This document shows positions 62,200 through 64,000 of a stretch of 64,000 nucleotides of DNA, piece by piece (positions within the stretch are counted from its first letter, which is position 1; every line of letters starts with the position of its first letter). The stretch is taken from NCBI GenBank assembly GCA_963728405.1, contig CAVSJV010000004.1, positions 1-64,000 of the forward strand, in the 5' to 3' direction. This DNA is from Methanomassiliicoccaceae archaeon (GTDB lineage Archaea; Thermoplasmatota; Thermoplasmata; Methanomassiliicoccales; Methanomassiliicoccaceae). Position numbers and translations under genes: made by a program. The notes beneath the pieces were generated by a model. It was given only the letters and a program-made list of their open reading frames with translations, did not search any database and was not told where the DNA came from.

Positions 62200-62876
62200 C
62201 CCTGACCGTTCCCAAATTCTTTGAGCTGTTTTTTGTAGTGGTCGCAGAACTCAGCGATGGGGCAGAGATCATGCTTCGGCCTCAGGGGAGTGCATACCTC
62301 CTGCCCGAAGCGGACCATCAGCTCGTTGATGCTCCTCCACCGTTCCCGGGGCACCACCTTCTCGAGCTGCTTCTCCGTCTCTTCCGGAAGGTCGGAACGC
62401 ACCAGACCGATGCGGTTGGAGATGCGGTGGACATGGGTGTCCACACAGATCGCGTCGATCTTGAAGGCATAGGCAAGAACGCAATTGGCAGTCTTCCGCC
62501 CGACCATGGGCAGACTCAGGAGCAGGTCGATGTCCGCCGGGACCTGGCCTCCGTAGTCCAGGTGAATGATGCGGGCGATCTCCCGGATGGCCTTGGCCTT
62601 CCCATGGTGGAAGTTCACCGTGCGGATGAGTTCGTCGACCTTCTCTTGAGGAGCGTTCATCAGCCCCTCAGGGGTTGGGTAGGCGTCGAACAGCCGTTCC
62701 GCCGCCAGATAGGTGCAATCGTCGCGATTTCGCTGCGATAGGACGGTAGCTATGAGCATGGTGAAGGGGGTCGACCGCCAGGATGGTTGCTTGCCCAGGG
62801 CGGACCCGGGAGAGGCCCTCTCCTCCGATCTCCGTTCCAAACGGTCCAGGATCTCATTCACTGGTTTTTTTACCAT
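62196..62876 (-). CDS. nth: Endonuclease III
   Basis: LIATVLSQ, HhH LPMVGRKTA, VDTHV.RI, C.P..P...CP...C cluster motif with one Cys replaced by His. Confidence 0.93.
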   Translation of the reverse strand: MVKKPVNEILDRLERRSEERASPGSALGKQPSWRSTPFTMLIATVLSQRNRDDCTYLAAERLFDAYPTPEGLMNAPQEKVDELIRTVNFHHGKAKAIREIARIIHLDYGGQVPADIDLLLSLPMVGRKTANCVLAYAFKIDAICVDTHVHRISNRIGLVRSDLPEETEKQLEKVVPRERWRSINELMVRFGQEVCTPLRPKHDLCPIAEFCDHYKKQLKEFGNGQG

Positions 62877-64000
62877 CCAGCCACCCCATGGCCTCACCGA
62901 CCATATATAGGGAACCAGTCACCAGGACCACCTCGTCCGGGCCAGCCAGGGAGAGGGCCTGCTCGATCGCCACCCCGACCCCTTGTACCTCCCTCACGGG
63001 GCAATACGCTCTGAGCGCCGCCGCCACGTTGGCCGAGGGGAATGCTCGTTTTGTGACCGGGGCGGTCGCTATCGCTGTCCTCGCGATGCTCCCGAAGCTC
63101 GCGGCGATGCCTTCGAGGTCCTTGTCGGTAAGTGCCCCTAGGACGAGAATGACCTTCTTTCCCAGAAGTCGGGCGACCTCCTCGGCCACGACCTTGGCAC
63201 CGTCCCGGGTGTGGGTCACGTCGAAAATCAAGGTCGGCTCCCGGGACACGATGTCCAATCTCCCGGGCCACCGGACCTTGGCCAGGCCGTTGTGTATCCC
63301 CTCATCGGAGATGTACACGCCCCGCTTCATGAGCTCGGTCAGCGCACCGCAGGAGAGGGCGCAGTTCTGCGCCTGGTACGAGCCCAGAAGAGGGACTTGG
63401 ACCGTGACATCGAGCTCGTCGATGTGGACCTCATTACCTTCCATGGTCGAGGAGACCGCCTCGTAACCGACGTCCCGACCTACCACCTTCAAGGAAGAAC
63501 CGTTCCCCATGGCGACCCTCCGGAATACCTGCAGGGCCTCGTCGCTCTGCTCAATGGTCACCGCTGGGACACCGCCCTTAATGATCCCGGCCTTCTCTGC
63601 GGCGATCGCCCCGATGGTATTGCCGAGGTAGGCGGTATGCTCCAGACCTATCCTGGTTATGACCGAGCAGTCCGGCACTATGACATTGGTAGCATCCAGC
63701 CTCCCCCCCATGCCGACCTCTATCACCGCTTCCTCAACACCTTCATCGGCGAAATGGGCGAATGCCAACGCGGTGGTCAGCTCGAAGAAGGTCAATCTCG
63801 TTTCTGGTCCCCGGGTCCGCTCGGCATATTCCCGAACCTCTTCGGCCAGGCGGAGCATCTTTTGTTCCGGGATGCAGGCACCGTCCACTTGGACCCGTTC
63901 CCGGAAATCGGCCAGGTGTGGAGAGGTGTACAGCCCGGTCACATAGCCGGCCTCCTTGAGCACCGAGGCGGTCATGGCACTGACCGAGCCTTTGCCGTTG
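62854..64000 (-). CDS. folC: Folylpolyglutamate synthase/dihydrofolate synthase family (5' end beyond window)
   Basis: NGKGS, TSPHL, EVGMGGRLDATN, EKAGI, WPGR, TGSLY. Confidence 0.93.
   Translation of the reverse strand, partial: NGKGSVSAMTASVLKEAGYVTGLYTSPHLADFRERVQVDGACIPEQKMLRLAEEVREYAERTRGPETRLTFFELTTALAFAHFADEGVEEAVIEVGMGGRLDATNVIVPDCSVITRIGLEHTAYLGNTIGAIAAEKAGIIKGGVPAVTIEQSDEALQVFRRVAMGNGSSLKVVGRDVGYEAVSSTMEGNEVHIDELDVTVQVPLLGSYQAQNCALSCGALTELMKRGVYISDEGIHNGLAKVRWPGRLDIVSREPTLIFDVTHTRDGAKVVAEEVARLLGKKVILVLGALTDKDLEGIAASFGSIARTAIATAPVTKRAFPSANVAAALRAYCPVREVQGVGVAIEQALSLAGPDEVVLVTGSLYMVGEAMGWLDGKKTSE

Noticed and set aside
1-64000. CRISPR array, rRNA, integrase or intact transposase
   Set aside because: No regularly spaced repeats or recognisable motifs found by eye

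Overview
Archaeal chromosomal segment, GC-rich in coding regions. It is most likely from a Thermoplasmata methanogen (Methanomassiliicoccales-like); this is inferred from KRA/EMGVG-type archaellins, methanogen-type sensor kinases, cbi/hyp genes and DUF2769/DUF1638 proteins. The window opens at the 3' end of a probable tRNA-Gly. Next comes a patchy accessory region: an AT-rich orphan, GH15 plus glucose dehydrogenase, a disulfide reductase, small Cys-rich proteins, a membrane-anchored GH5-like enzyme and a TPR-Lhr-like helicase. It then carries an archaellum locus (three archaellins, flaC-like, F, G, H, I, J) and a chemotaxis locus (soluble Cys-rich multi-PAS MCP, cheW, Y, B, A, C, C, D and divergent cheR), with no recognisable cheF or flaD/E. 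A Fur-family gene leads cbiMNQO and cbiA/cbiP/cbiP', followed by deaD, bfr, corA, hypAD, nth and a partial folC. Most notable non-obvious signals: (i) five separate frameshifts are the same one-base insertion in ACGT, pointing to a modified ACGT motif; (ii) an orphan TnpB omega-RNA-like remnant whose guide-position sequence folds back on its own scaffold; (iii) mosaic identical blocks between tandem archaellins; (iv) an in-frame amber codon in a sensor kinase. All family calls come from motif recognition by eye; no database searches were run.
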